DNA from: Sphaerodactylus townsendi
Lineage: Eukaryota
Assembly (NCBI RefSeq): GCF_021028975.2
Contig: NC_059439.1
Location: 23,126,001-23,190,000 of the forward strand
Reading direction: 5' to 3'
Length of the DNA: 64,000 nt
Position numbers and translations under genes: made by a program. Below are positions 12,101 through 23,985 of the stretch, in pieces. The notes under the pieces are model-generated. The model worked only from the letters and a program-made list of their open reading frames with translations. It made no database searches and was not told the DNA's origin. The first letter of the stretch is position 1, and the number at the start of each line of letters is the position of its first letter.

Positions 12101-12388
12101 GAGAGCCAGCATGGTGTTGTGGTTAAGAGCGGTGGACTCAAATTTGGAGAACCGAGTTGGATTCCCCACTCCTCCAACATGAGCACGATACTCTAACCTG
12201 GAGAACCAGATATGCTTCCTTACTCCTTTGCATGAATCCTGTGGGGTGACCAAGTCACAATTCTCACACCACCTACTTCACATGGTGTCTGTTGAGGGGA
12301 GGGGAGGAAAAACAATTATAAACCACTTAGAGACTCCTTAAAAAGGTACACAAAAGTGGAATAGAAAAACCCACTCTTCTTCTACTAC
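12101..12388 (+). mobile_element. tRNA-derived SINE, Squam3-like
   Basis: GAGAGCCAGCATGGTGTTGTGGTTAAGAGC A-box head, B-box-like GGATTCCCC, (CTT)n tail; ends approximate. Confidence 0.75.
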
Positions 12389-13169
12389 AATTTTCCCAAG
12401 TTCCAAAGCAACTATGTTTGAGTACCAATTAATTACAGAAGTGTAAGGTATCGATCATAGATAATCCACACCAGGTCTAGTCTGGGCCCTAATATCTTGT
12501 ACAATTGCTTTTCTGATCATAAAAACAAAACAAACCCCTTGCTGTTATGATACTACAACATTCATCAATTTGGCTTGCATCCTGTTTACCAATAGCATAC
12601 AGAGGCATAATTTTTTTAATGATCAGTAGTTCATCGGTCTGTTTATGGGTGTTTAGCAGGTTGCTTCACTGTATTCCTTAATATCCATGAAATACAATGC
12701 TTTTCTTGTGTGCACATTTTCACATAGCTCATTTGAATTCTACTACCTCTCCAACAAGGTGTTGCCTTGGGCCATTATTTAGTCCCAAACAGCCTGATCT
12801 ATATATATGTTGTTTAGTTTAGTCCCAAACACCCTGATCTATATATATCAAAACTTTACGCTGCCTTTCTTGACCTTAAGGCATTTTTGACTCTGTTTCT
12901 AGAGACCTTCTATGGAGGAAACTATGGGGGTTGGATATGGACAAAAGATTGCTCTCTCTGATAATGGCTCCCCATAGCAACACTTTTTGTCAAGTTAAGT
13001 ACACTAATGATGGACTTATCCCAACATAAGATCCCAACAGAAGGAGGGTTAAATAGGGTGTGTATTGGCTCCCACATTACTTAACTTCTTTCTTAATTAT
13101 CTGTCACCTACCCTGCAAAAAGTTGACTATCACTGTCCTACTATCAGGAACATGAGAGTCCCTATCTTA

Positions 13170-15430
13170 ATAACTTGATAAAGATAAAATCACAACAAAA
13201 TCTAGAGTATGAATGGGAACGTCTATTTCGGGCCTTGAATTCCAAAGACCCTAAACAATTTTGGAGATGTGTTAATAAATCCCTCTTGTTGAAACAGGCC
13301 CCTCAATATTGTATCTCTCCGGAAACATGGTTTGCCTACTTTAACCAAGTATTTAATGATAGCAGCGTACCAACGAGTGCAGACATCAATCTAGAAAACA
13401 TCCTACACTGGCCGCCTGTATCTCCTCAAGAGATAAATTTTCTAATAAAAGATCTGAAATATGGCAAATCTCCAGGCCCTGATTTAATTACTTCTGAACT
13501 GATTAAATCCAACATAAGCTGGTGGTCACAACTCCTGCCTTCTGTTTTTACCCAGGTAAATTCAACAGGAAAAATACCAAAAACATGGCTCGAAGCGATA
13601 ATAGTTCCAATCTATAAACAAGGTGACTATCAGGACCCTGTTAACTATCGCCCCATCAGCCTGCTGTCTGTAGTGGGCAAATTATATGCCAGGTTTCTCC
13701 ACCTTAAACTAAACAGGTGGATTCAAGAGCAAGAGGTCATAGGACACGAACAAATAGATTTTTCCAAAGGAAAATCTACTTATGACCACGCAATAGTCCT
13801 GGCCCACCTTGCCCAAAAACAGTTAAAACAACGATCAGGCAAGCTCTATGTTGCTTTTTTAGACTTTAAAAAAGCCTTTGATTCACTATCTAGAGACTTG
13901 TTATGGAAGAAAATGGAGGATTTGAACATCGACCCCAGACTGCTTTTTTTAATCAGGCAATTACACACTGACACCTCTTGCCGGGTAAAATGCACTCAGG
14001 AGGGGGCATTGACCAATAATATCTTAAGCAACAAAGGGGTGAAACAGGGGTGTATAATTGCTCCGACCTTGTTTAACATATACTTAAGGGACTTACCACT
14101 GGAACTTGGGGATATTGATGGACACAGCCCCAAACTGGGAAATACACATTTACCGGCGCTTCTTTATGCAGATGATACTATTATAATGTCATACACTAGG
14201 GTAGGCCTGTTACGTTCAATGAACAGATGCTACAGTTACTGTAAATTAAACAAGCTGGAACTTAACTTTGATAAATCAAAAGTTATGGTGTTTGCTAGAT
14301 CATGGAAAAAACAACCCTGGAAAGTAGCAACAAAAGAAATTGAACAAGTCAAGAAATACAAATACTTAGGTATTTTGTTCACTTATAATCTTTCTTGGAC
14401 AGCCCATGTCAAAACGGCATCAGTAAAAGCTACTCCAACTGTAAACGCTTTAGTGAATTTCTTTTACACCAAAGGACACCAATACATTCCAGCAGTAATC
14501 AAGGCATTCAATGCAAAAGTAGTTCCGCAGCTACTCTATGGCTTTCCAGTCCTTTTCTTAGCCCAAAACACCAGTCTAAACACTCTACACTCTAAATTTC
14601 TGCATAGGATCATGGGTTTCCCCAACTGCGTGTCTTATGCAGCCTTACGCATTGAACTAGGCCTATGTTCCTTAACTACCTTGGCTTGGATTAGAGCAAC
14701 TATATACTGGTTAAAAATCCACCATCATTCCAAGCCAGGCAGTTTCACATGCTTACTGCTCTCTGAACTTAACACTTCAAACTGGCATGATAAAATAGTT
14801 GATAAGATTACAGAAATTGGCATATCTATGGATGAAATATCAATGTTATCTTATTTAGAGGCAAAAAAATGTTAAAAGAAAAATTCCTTGAATGGGATTA
14901 TCAAAGATCTTTAATAGCAGCAAATTCAACTTGCTCACCTCTAAATCAATCACTAGTTGAAGCAAAGGGTTGTATGTCTCATTATTTACTTTATATGATT
15001 AATTTTAGATTGAGACGTGCATTCTCTTTAGCAAGATTCAATATTTTGCCATCTGCTCTACTCGAGGGTCGATTCCAAAAAATACCAAAGATTATGCCCT
15101 TGCAACAGCATACAAGTAGAAACACTAGAGCATATCATGTTTCACTGTCCAAATAGGGAATGCTTAAGGTATAAGTATCGACCATTGTTTACATCTTTTA
15201 ATGTAGATATGACAGATGATCAAAGGATAAAGTATTTCCTGGATGGATCAAATCAGGATTTTTCTGAACTAGTTGCCAAGTTTCTGTTGGATATAATTGG
15301 CACATCTGCTAAGGGAGATTTTTATATTAAATGATGGTTATTTGAGTTGTAACTATGTTATTCTGGTTGTAAAACGTTTTTGGTTACAAATTGTTTTACT
15401 GTATGATGCCAATAAAGGCTTTGTGTGTGT
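13170..15430 (+). mobile_element. Younger 5'-truncated non-LTR retrotransposon (RTE-X-like)
   Basis: 14-bp TSD GAGTCCCTATCTTA (13156-13169, 15431-15444); 3' end ATGCCAATAAAGG + (TG)n. Confidence 0.9.
13175..15334 (+). pseudogene. LINE ORF2 remnant: reverse transcriptase plus CCHC knuckle, two frameshifts, no endonuclease
   Basis: 566-aa open stretch with NYRPISLL, FLDFKKAFD, GVKQGC, LLYADD, YKYLG; frameshifts near 14870 and 15090 lead to RLCPCNSIQVETLEHIMFHCP. Confidence 0.9.
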
Positions 15431-15685
15431 GAGTCCCTATCTTACTCTATGCAGATGATATGATCTTGCTCTCTCACACTAGAGTTGGTTTTAAGTGTCT
15501 TCTCTCGTGCTGTGCTGAGTACTACAACATCAACTCTCAATTATGCTAAGTCCAAGATCATGTCTTTTACTAGCACATGGCGTCCTTCAGGATGGGTCCT
15601 CAATGGTGTGGCCCTAGAACAGGTTAGGTTATTTAAATACCTGGGCCTGAATTATCATTTTAGAGCAGGATGGTTTACCCATAGG

Positions 15686-16117
15686 AAAGAGCAGCTGCAA
15701 TTGACCGCGGCAGCCATTGAGGCTGGGGAAGGGACAGGGACAGCCTCTGTGAAGCTGCCTCCTTCCCTGGCCTCACTAGCTCCTCAGGGCTCGCGAGGCT
15801 TGGCAGCACATAATGCATGGGCCGGGCAGGCTTCAGGGTGCCAAGCAATGACGCGGGGTGACCTGACGTCACTGGGGGGAGGTGGGGCCAGGCAGCCTAT
15901 TTAGGCTGGGGCCCGGCCTTCCCACCTCCCCATTTGCCGAAGCAGCGCGTTGTGCTGCCCAGTACACAGACCAGAAGATCAGACCCCCATGCTGCGCCTG
16001 ACGCTTTTGTTTACCTTGAACCAATTTTGTTAATAAAATGTTTTTTACCACACACAAATGCTTGTTGTATTTTCAATTTCTCTCAAAGGGTAGTATTAGC
16101 TACTTCCCTCAGGCAGC
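15686..16117 (+). mobile_element. Unclassified interspersed repeat (possible tyrosine-recombinase retroelement derivative), copy 1
   Basis: Interrupts the host LINE frame WFTHR|NKAIV; starts AAAGAGCAG, ends GGCAGC; homologous to 39570-40264 and 49141-49538. Confidence 0.6.
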
Positions 16118-16378
16118 AATAAAGCCATAGTAACTAGTAAAATGACTACCATGGCAATTCTACGCTTCTTTTACAGAAAAAGGACGTTAATCCCGGCAGC
16201 ATTAAAAGTTTTTAATGCCAAAGTGTGCCCACAACCTCTCTATGGCATTCCACTCTGGATCCAGGCAGGGAACCGGGACACTGAATGTATTCAGTCTAAT
16301 TTCCAATATAAAGCACTTGGCTTGCCTCATTCAGTGCCCTACGCTGCTCTATGTCCGGAAACTGGACAGCATCTACTT

Positions 16379-16843
16379 AAACAAATTCTTTATTGCAGTC
16401 AAAGACCAGCACATAATAATACAAACTGAGAAGTGCAATTATACACAGTCGGTGACCGTTTACTAAAAGGTCAACTCGCGAAAAAGCAAGTAGTAGATAA
16501 AATACATTTGATTATGTTAAAAGATTAAAAAGTTAATATAACTACACTTGTAAAGTGCCTGTGCAGTCTTGCTAAAACCTATAGTAACATTACTAGAAAA
16601 CTCCGGTCTCCGACCATATCTTCTAAGGATCACAGTTTCTTCAGTCTTTCCCTCCCTAAACTATTCAACCGGCAGATGTCTCTTATTGTGTTTGTAGATT
16701 AGAGAACAAAAACGGGCCGTTGCCCGTGTAATTTTCTGGTCCCTACCTGTCAATATGTGGCCAGTACATCTTTGTAGTTTAGGCCTATTAGACCTGTCAT
16801 GGCTGGGCTGAGGATTTCCTTTTGGGGCTTTTCAAAAGTGGGA
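16379..16843 (-). mobile_element. Third RTE-X-like LINE 3' fragment, antisense, nested
   Basis: 14-bp TSD GACAGCATCTACTT (16365-16378, 16844-16857); minus strand resembles an ORF2 C-terminus (..FEKPQKEILSP..ATARFCSL) and ends CTGGTCTTTGACTGCAATAAAG. Confidence 0.75.
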
Positions 16844-17454
16844 GACAGCATCTACTTGAAAGGGTCTGATGCATCACCTTTAAATACTGGACCCACCTCT
16901 GTTTCACCTGTGAGAGCAAGAGTCTTTCATACCAGGCACTAACTATACTTCATTCCTTGGAATGGTAGTCCCATATTGAGGGCCAACTAGGAAGGATGGG
17001 ACTTCCAGTAGACTCCTTAGTTATGCTGCCCTGTAATGAAGTGTTCAGCAGAATCAGAGACAGATTCTATGATTTAGAGTACCAGAGTCTGATTGATCAG
17101 GCCAGTAGATTCTGCTCCCCTTTGTAACTTGGCATTTCTTTGGGGAAAACAAATATATTCAACTATTTATATTTACTTCCTGAACCCAAACTATGACATG
17201 CAATCTCCTTGGCAAGATGTAACATCATGCCATCTTCCCTGGGATCTCATAGGGAGATGAAAATACCATGCCATGAAAGACTTTGCATTTGTAACATGAA
17301 TTGTGGAGAGTCAGTTCATCATATCCTGCACCACTGTCCTTTATATAATGTAGCTAGGAAGAAGTTCCTGGCTCCTCTGTTGATTGACAACAGCATTCTC
17401 ACAGACCAATAGAAAACCCTCTTCCTTCTGGACAATGGCTCAAGAGAAGTCTTA

Positions 17455-17595
17455 GGCCCCTTCCGCACACACAAAATAATGTGTTTTCAAACCACTTTCA
17501 CAACTATTTGCAAGTGGATTTTGCTATACCGCACAGCTTCAAAGAGCACTGAAAGCAGTTTGAAAGTGCATTATTCTGCATGTGCGGAATGAGCC
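17455..17595. mobile_element. PIF/Harbinger-like 141-bp MITE (family 1)
   Basis: TTA|GGCCCCTTCCGCAC...GTGCGGAATGAGCC|TTA, canonical TWA TSD. Confidence 0.88.
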
Positions 17596-17896
17596 TTAGA
17601 CTGCCAGGTTCCCCTGTATTGTAATTGCAAGGCGCTCTTAGTGTAACTTTTGAAACATTTTATTCAGTTTTTAAAATTTCATCTTAGAGGATTTTTTTAA
17701 AAAAATATATAGATGCCTATTTTGTTATATGTTCCTCTATACATTTGTATTTTTAAGCATGTATTATTGTTGCTATCTGAATGCCATTAAAAGTTTCAGT
17801 TGTTACTACCTCTCCATCCTAACTGTATAAGTGCTCTGCCCATTAGGTAGTTTCATCAGTCACAAATCATATATATTAATCGTCCATAAATACTAG

Positions 17897-18268
17897 GGCT
17901 GTTTCCACATGGCCACACTGGGGGTCAGGTCAGCGTACATGATGCCAACCCAACCCCCCGGGATTGTTTGCACGAACGGTTCCAGAAAATACCAGGAAGA
18001 CAGTGCCACACTGCGCCGTTGCCTGATTGACTTACCTTCCCTGCGACCGTCTGGCGTGTCACTCAGGTCAGGGGACATGCCCCCCTGCCCTGCTCGACCA
18101 CTCCAGAGTTGCAAGGCAGGGGGGGGGTGTCCCCAGGCTCGGCGACACACCAGACGGCCACAGGGAAGGTAGGTCAATTGGAAAAGGGGGGTTCCCCCTT
18201 GTGAACAGCTCCCTGGGGAAGTTTTTACAGTCCCCAGGGCGCTGTATTTGGCCCATGCGGAAAGGGCC
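17897..18268. mobile_element. PIF/Harbinger-like MITE (family 3), reverse orientation
   Basis: TAG|GGCTGTTTCCACAT...ATGCGGAAAGGGCC|TAG, 3-bp TSD. Confidence 0.82.
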
Positions 18269-18721
18269 TAGGTTTCACAAACATCCTATCCTTCAATGCT
18301 TGACCAAGCATCCCTTATTGTTGCTAACGGCCACTAATCAGCAGCCTCTTTGTGCATGCACAGCTTAGCGAAAAGCTTAATGCAGTCTGGTGTACCAGCA
18401 GCACCATTTCCAGCAACTCCCACAGTCTGAATTGGACTGTTAGACTTTCCAGGTGTGACCTACCCCAACAGGATTTTGGTAATGCCATCAGCAGTTAATA
18501 GCGATGGTGTTTATATTTTCTATCAGATTTTTTTAATGTATGCTTTATGTTTACTTCTGCCTTAATGCTGAACTGTTTTAATGCTTCTGATGTTTACTAC
18601 CTTGGGGACCTTATTTGGGTAGAAAGGTGGCACAATAATGTTTTAAATGGAAAAAAAATAAATTAAACTTTGTATATAGTTCAAAGTTGAGCATGAACTG
18701 ATTTTAAATTACAGTAATTGA

Positions 18722-19161
18722 GGCCCTTTCTGCATGGGCCAATTACAGCGCCCTGGAGATGGCAAAAATGCCGTCCCTAGGGAGCTGTTCACATGGGGGG
18801 CGCAGCTGCTTCACAGCCGCAGCGCAAAGCCACTGTTTCCCAACCTCGCTCCCCGAGGCACCATCCCTCCGACGGTTCCCACTTGGCTTACTGTCCCTGC
18901 GACTGTCCGGCACGTCACCAAGGCCTGGGGACACCCCCCCGCCCTGCGACTCCGGAGAGGTCACACAGGCTGGGGGGCGTGTCCCCTGGCCTCAGTGGCA
19001 CACCGGACGATTGCAGGGAAGATACGTCGATCGGGTGATGGCGCTCCGCGGTGCCGTCTTCCCGTTCATTCCCAGGACTGTTGGTGCAAACGATCCCGTG
19101 GGGGTTGGGTCGGCATCATGTACGCTGACCCGACCCCCAGCGTGGCCATGCGGGAACAGCC
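18722..19161. mobile_element. PIF/Harbinger-like MITE (family 3)
   Basis: GGCCCTTTCTGCAT...ATGCGGGAACAGCC; flanks TGA/TAA; homologous to 553-979. Confidence 0.78.
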
Positions 19162-19174
19162 TAAGAGAACCTAG

Positions 19175-19365
19175 TTGAACCAGCATAACACAGTCTCATC
19201 AGATCTTGGAAGCTAAGCAGTGTCAGTCTTGGTTAGCACCTTAAAGGAAAGCCTCTAAGGAAGTCTAGGGTTGCTACCCACATACAGACAATGGCAAAGC
19301 CCCTCTGTTCATTTCTTGTCTTGAAAGCTCTGTGAGTCAGCGCTGACTTGACAGCACTTTATACC
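19175..19365 (+). mobile_element. 5S rRNA-derived SINE (5S-Sauria-like)
   Basis: GATCTTGGAAGCTAAGCAG..GGTTAG matches the 5S rRNA internal region; CAATGGCAAA..CTTGAAA..GACTTGACAGCAC RTE/BovB-like tail; ends approximate. Confidence 0.65.
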
Positions 19366-19410
19366 ATTAAAATAGAAAACATTCTTCCATTTCTGCTCAA
19401 GGGTATAGTG

Positions 19411-19496
19411 TAATTGGCCCATGGGGTGGGCAATTCTAGTCTCATCCAAGGGTGATCAAACTAATCCCCATACATCAATTCAGTCAGCCCCAGGGA
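19411..19496 (+). promoter_or_regulatory. Putative OR promoter: composite homeodomain-O/E motif
   Basis: TAATTG directly followed by GCCCATGGGG (19411-19426); second O/E-like CCCCAGGGA at 19488-19496; ~690 bp upstream of the OR at 20112. Confidence 0.5.
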
Positions 19497-20111
19497 ACCA
19501 TTATGTGGCTGGAGAGTCGAGGAGATCATGTATTTCTTATTTATAGCAGCGCATTAGCATCTATTTCTCAGGATCCTTCCATTAGAGTCTATGCCCAGTC
19601 ATTGTGTTTAGTAATATATTTTGGGACTATGTGGAATCTGTGGCTATTAAGTTGAAAGTGAAGGACTGGACATGAACATACCTTTTTGGGCAGCACAGCT
19701 TGCTAACAAGCCACCCTCGGTGCTGTTCAGAGCAAGCCTTACTTATTTGGAAGTCACTTTCCCTACTAGCAGATCCTACCTGCAGCAAAGATCCTACAAG
19801 AGGGCTTATTGTTAAGGAGGAACCTTCTTCATTCAATATTCTGAGAGCAAGTCAACGAAGCACATTTTTTTTAAAAAAAGGAACAAAGAAAAAGAACACA
19901 CTGATCACATTGAATGTGAAGATTTCATAGCTTTAAAGAGTGCTTTAGGGAGTTAAGGGCTGGGATCATTGGACCTGCATGGACATCTGTGTGAGTTGCG
20001 GACTGTGATGAGAAGGACAATTGCCACAGCAACGCGTGGCTGGGCCCGCTAGTGTGTGTGTGTATATATATCTGAAGATTTTAATCAGCTTTTACCTTTG
20101 TGAAAACAGTG

Positions 20112-21044
20112 ATGGAGAACAAGACGGAGATGGATGAATTCATCTTACTGGGCTTCACAAATTTCCAAGGATTTGGGCCTCTCCTCTTCCCTCTCTTCCT
20201 GCTGTTCTACTTGGTCACTCTATTGGGAAACAGCCTCATTGTATTGGTCATTCTGGCTGAGCCTTGCCTCCACACACCCATGTATTTTTTCCTTAGCAAT
20301 CTTTCCTGCTTGGACATTTGCTATGCCACTGTCACTGTGCCCAAGATGCTGGCTGGCTTTTTATCAGGGCCCCAGGCGATCTCATTTTGTGGGTGCCTGG
20401 CCCAACTTCATTTTTTTCACTTCACAGGCAGCAGTGAAGGAGTTCTTCTAGCAGTCATGGGGTATGACCGCTATGTGGCTATCTGCTACCCTCTGCGCTA
20501 CGCTGTCATTATGAACAAGCCTGTTTGCCTGCTTCTTGCGTCAGTCACTTGGTCCACGGGATTCTTTCATGCACTGGTACACACAGTGATGACCTCCCGT
20601 CTGCACTTCTGTGGCCCAAAACTTGTCCAGCACTTCTTCTGTGATATCAAACCACTCCTGAGATTGGCCTGTGGTAGCATCCAGCTCAACATCAGCCTTC
20701 TCAACATTGTCACAGGTTCACTTGTCATGATTTCCTTTTTCCTCACGCTTCTCTCCTACCTCTACATCATTGCATTTCTCTTCCTTAAGGTTCAGTCACA
20801 CAGACTGAAGGCCTTCTCTACCTGCAGCTCCCATCTCACAGTAGTGGTGCTGTTCTACATTCCTGTTCTGGTCAACTATTTATCTTCCTCCTCAGAAGAG
20901 TCATTGCAGCAAGAGATGATAGCTACCCTCATGTACAATGTAGGTGTCTCCGTGTTGAACCCCCTAATTTACACCTTGAGGAATAAGGAGATGAAACACG
21001 CCATCAGCAAAATTGTCAGAAAAATATGGCTTGCCAAAATTTGA
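20112..21044 (+). CDS. Olfactory receptor, OR12D-like (OR-2), 310 aa
   Basis: LHTPMYFFLSNLS, MGYDRYVAICYPL, KAFSTCSSHL, NPLIYTLRN; intact ORF. Confidence 0.96.
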   Translation: MENKTEMDEFILLGFTNFQGFGPLLFPLFLLFYLVTLLGNSLIVLVILAEPCLHTPMYFFLSNLSCLDICYATVTVPKMLAGFLSGPQAISFCGCLAQLHFFHFTGSSEGVLLAVMGYDRYVAICYPLRYAVIMNKPVCLLLASVTWSTGFFHALVHTVMTSRLHFCGPKLVQHFFCDIKPLLRLACGSIQLNISLLNIVTGSLVMISFFLTLLSYLYIIAFLFLKVQSHRLKAFSTCSSHLTVVVLFYIPVLVNYLSSSSEESLQQEMIATLMYNVGVSVLNPLIYTLRNKEMKHAISKIVRKIWLAKI

Positions 21045-23609
21045 AATTGAATTAATGTACCTGTCTTTGTTTGTTGAAGCTGGTTAGTGGAGAATAACAA
21101 TGATGTAGCCTAAAAAATGGACCTGAAGGATCTCAGAAAGTTTTATCCAAAACGGAACAGATTTACAGTGAAATCTTTAAACGTTACACCCATCATGCAT
21201 ATGTAACTTCAGTGGACTTAAATTTTGCTTAGGATGGGATTGCTAACAGTGAATGCAACTTGAATGGAAGACTTTCGAGAACCATATGTGAAGTATCTGG
21301 GTCTCTTAAGAAAACATTTAGCATTAATATTTTGAATAAAATACAAGTTAGTATCTTTTGAATTATGAAGGGAAAATTCCTGAACTGTAAATAATTGAGG
21401 ATACTGTAGATAGGCCAGAAGGTTCCCCATTCCAGAAGGATTGTCACAGCCCTCAAACTCCTTGGCCTCTGCTCAGGAGTCTCATTTCAAGAAGTTGCTC
21501 CATGCCCCCTCATCCCACCCATTAATGGGTCCCTGGGTCATCTCCTGGAACCTTTGCATAGGAAGACATACCCATCATGCTTGTCCTGGTACCTGTCACA
21601 CTCTCTCTGCTTTTTTCCAATTGGTCCATCACTCATCTCATTGCTTGGTATCTGTTGCTCTTCTTAGCCTCTTCTTAGACCTCATGATATCCTGCCTCCC
21701 TGCGAGTGGCTGGCACTTTCCTCTCAAGCTGCTTAGGCTTTTCCCTAGGTTGTGACTCCCACTCCACCCCTGCAAACTGTGGGTCTTCCTTGGCTGGGGG
21801 CTCGAATCCCTGAGGTTTCTTGGAAGTCTCCTGGCTTCTCCCCACCTGTTATGGCTAGATGGGGACAGGCATGACTGCTCTGCATCAGGCTGATAGTTTC
21901 CAGCTTGTCTCACTTGAGCCTACTGGTGAGGCAGAGGTGAGGCCTGGCAAAGTAACAGAACAGCTGCAAGTCTCCGAAACACCTGCATAGAGAAGGATCC
22001 TGAAGCAGCTAGAAAATGCATCATAGGAACATCCCCTGTGCTGTGGGATAACTGTGGGGCAGTCTTGGGCAGTCGGCCTGTGAGCCTGTGGACAGTCGGC
22101 CTGTGATCTCTGGACAACAGTCAAATATTTATATTGAGAAATGTAACTGGCAATAGAGAATTATGATGGCTGTGGAACATAGATTCCTCCTCAAAGTTTG
22201 CCCTCAGCTTGCAGTGAGTACTGTAGCACTGTACTACTTAGGAATGAGGCAGAACTAAAAACAAATAAATCAGAAACAATAAAATAAGTGTTCCCACTAA
22301 AATCTGGTTTTGCCACTCACTTCCCTTCTCCAAATATACCAAGTTCAACATCCTATAGTGGTTTCTTCAAAAATGGATCTTCGAATTGTTGTGATATTGC
22401 TTTGGATTTAGAAACAGCTTTGACATTTATTTCTCCAGAGGCCTAACCAATTTTCATGTTTTCACAGCCAAAACAACTCTCATTTGGCACCATATGTTCC
22501 AGGAGTTAAATTGCATCTATTTCCCCCTAACCCAGTGGCATATGTGTGTGTGTGGGGGGGGGGGTCATTTGACCCAGGCACCATTCACCTGGGTCACCTG
22601 GGAATTAATTTTGGTCCCCCACATCTTCCTGTCTCTTTTACTTGCCCACCCACCAGCACCTGTGCATCCCAGAGGCAGACCTGCTTGAAGTTGCCACATT
22701 ACTGCCCACTGAGGACTCTTCCCAGCCTCCTTGCAAAGGGGAGAGGAAGGCAGTCAGTCATGCCACCTTTGCCAGGCCTCTGAGTACCTGCAAAAGACCT
22801 GCAGAGTGAGCACCTCTTGCCGGCCCGCCTGGCAGCTTGGCCAGTACTGCCCAAAGCGCCCAATGAAGCTCCAGCAAGGGTACTGTCTCAGACACTTCCA
22901 TTGCAACCTGCCACCCCCAAAATTGCCCCAGCCAAGCATTTCTGCCGGTTGCAAGCCCAGTTTGCAGGATCATGTTGGGAGTGGCTCTGGCATGTTTTCC
23001 CCAAACCTGGGGCCATCTCAGAACCAGTGATGGGGAAAGAGCCTGAAAAGAGGTGCCACCCACAGCATCTCCAAAATGGAGCAAAAGCCTCCCAAGAGGA
23101 TTTGCAGAGGGTCTGCTTGCTCAGCAGGTAGCCACCGGCACTTGCTTCCAGCAGCTCTTTCTTGGGGCACCTGGAGCTGGCCCAGCCATCTGAGGGGCTC
23201 CCTTGCTCCTTCTCAGTAATTGGGTGTGGGGGGATTCTGGTGAACCTGACTGGTAGTCAATCTCTGGTGCATAATACAGTGGGGGGGGGACTGGGGGAGT
23301 TCAGCTGGGGACTAGGCGGGGTGGAAGAGCTGCAGCACCCAGGGAAGACCTGGACATACTTTTGTATAGGTATGCCACTGCCCTAACAGATGCTAAACTT
23401 TTAATAATAAATTAAAATGTATTTGTTCATTCTTTCTGATCTGGAGCACCGACGTGCTATCACTTTGGCCAGATGCAATGTGATTCTTTCCACTTTGAGG
23501 GATGGAAGAGGCTTCAAAACACCCCATAGCAAGCATTTTTGCATCTGCACGTTGAAAACTGCAGAAACTGTACACCATCTTCTGTATTACTGACCCCTTC
23601 ATAACTGGG

Positions 23610-23985
23610 GCAGAACAAAGTTCCTCTCAACCTTATTGATGGACATAGAGTGCTGGACAGACCAGTAGAAGAATGTTTATCTGTTAATGAATCCAGGGAT
23701 GCTCTAGAGCACAGGTGTCAAACTCGTGGCCCTCCAGATGTTCATGAACTTAAATTCCCATTAGCCCTTGCCAGTATAGCCAATGTTCATGTTGGGCGGG
23801 ACTGATGGGAATTGTAGTTCATGAACATCTGGAGGGCCACAAGTGACACCCCCGCTCTAGAGCAAACGGCCAGGTTTTTATGCATGGTCATAAACAAGTG
23901 ATCTCAATTTTGCTTTGTACTTTGTCTTTTAATTTTTGTATCTTATTTTAAATCTTTGCACTATGCCATTAAAGGCTGTATGTAT
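23610..23985 (+). mobile_element. Old RTE-X-like LINE 3' fragment
   Basis: Degenerate RTKFLSTLL..TARFLCM translation and ATGCCATTAAAGG 3' end like the elements at 13-18 kb; ends approximate. Confidence 0.5.
23710..23854. mobile_element. hAT (Charlie-type) palindromic MITE
   Basis: 8-bp TSD CTCTAGAG (23702-23709, 23855-23862); long inverted arms GGCCCTCCAGATGTTCATGAACT / AGTTCATGAACATCTGGAGGGCC. Confidence 0.85.

Larger units (their letters stand above)
12754..17803 (+). mobile_element. Old 5'-truncated RTE-X-like LINE hosting four nested insertions
   Basis: 13-bp TSD TACTACCTCTCCA (12741-12753, 17804-17816); degenerate RT (LYAAFLDLK...VPIL|LYADDMILLS), C-terminal RLCICNMNCGESVHHILHHCP zinc knuckle, ATGCCATTAAA 3' end. 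Confidence 0.8.

Noticed and set aside
13175-14875. 566-aa RT ORF as an active or domesticated gene, or a retron-like system
   Set aside because: 5'-truncated at a TSD, lacks an endonuclease and an ATG start, and has two downstream frameshifts: a dead LINE copy
19175-19365. 5S rRNA gene
   Set aside because: Diverged 5S-like head fused to a LINE-derived tail, i.e. a SINE
21442-22119. Possible solo LTR starting TGTCACAG
   Set aside because: No convincing matching end or TSD
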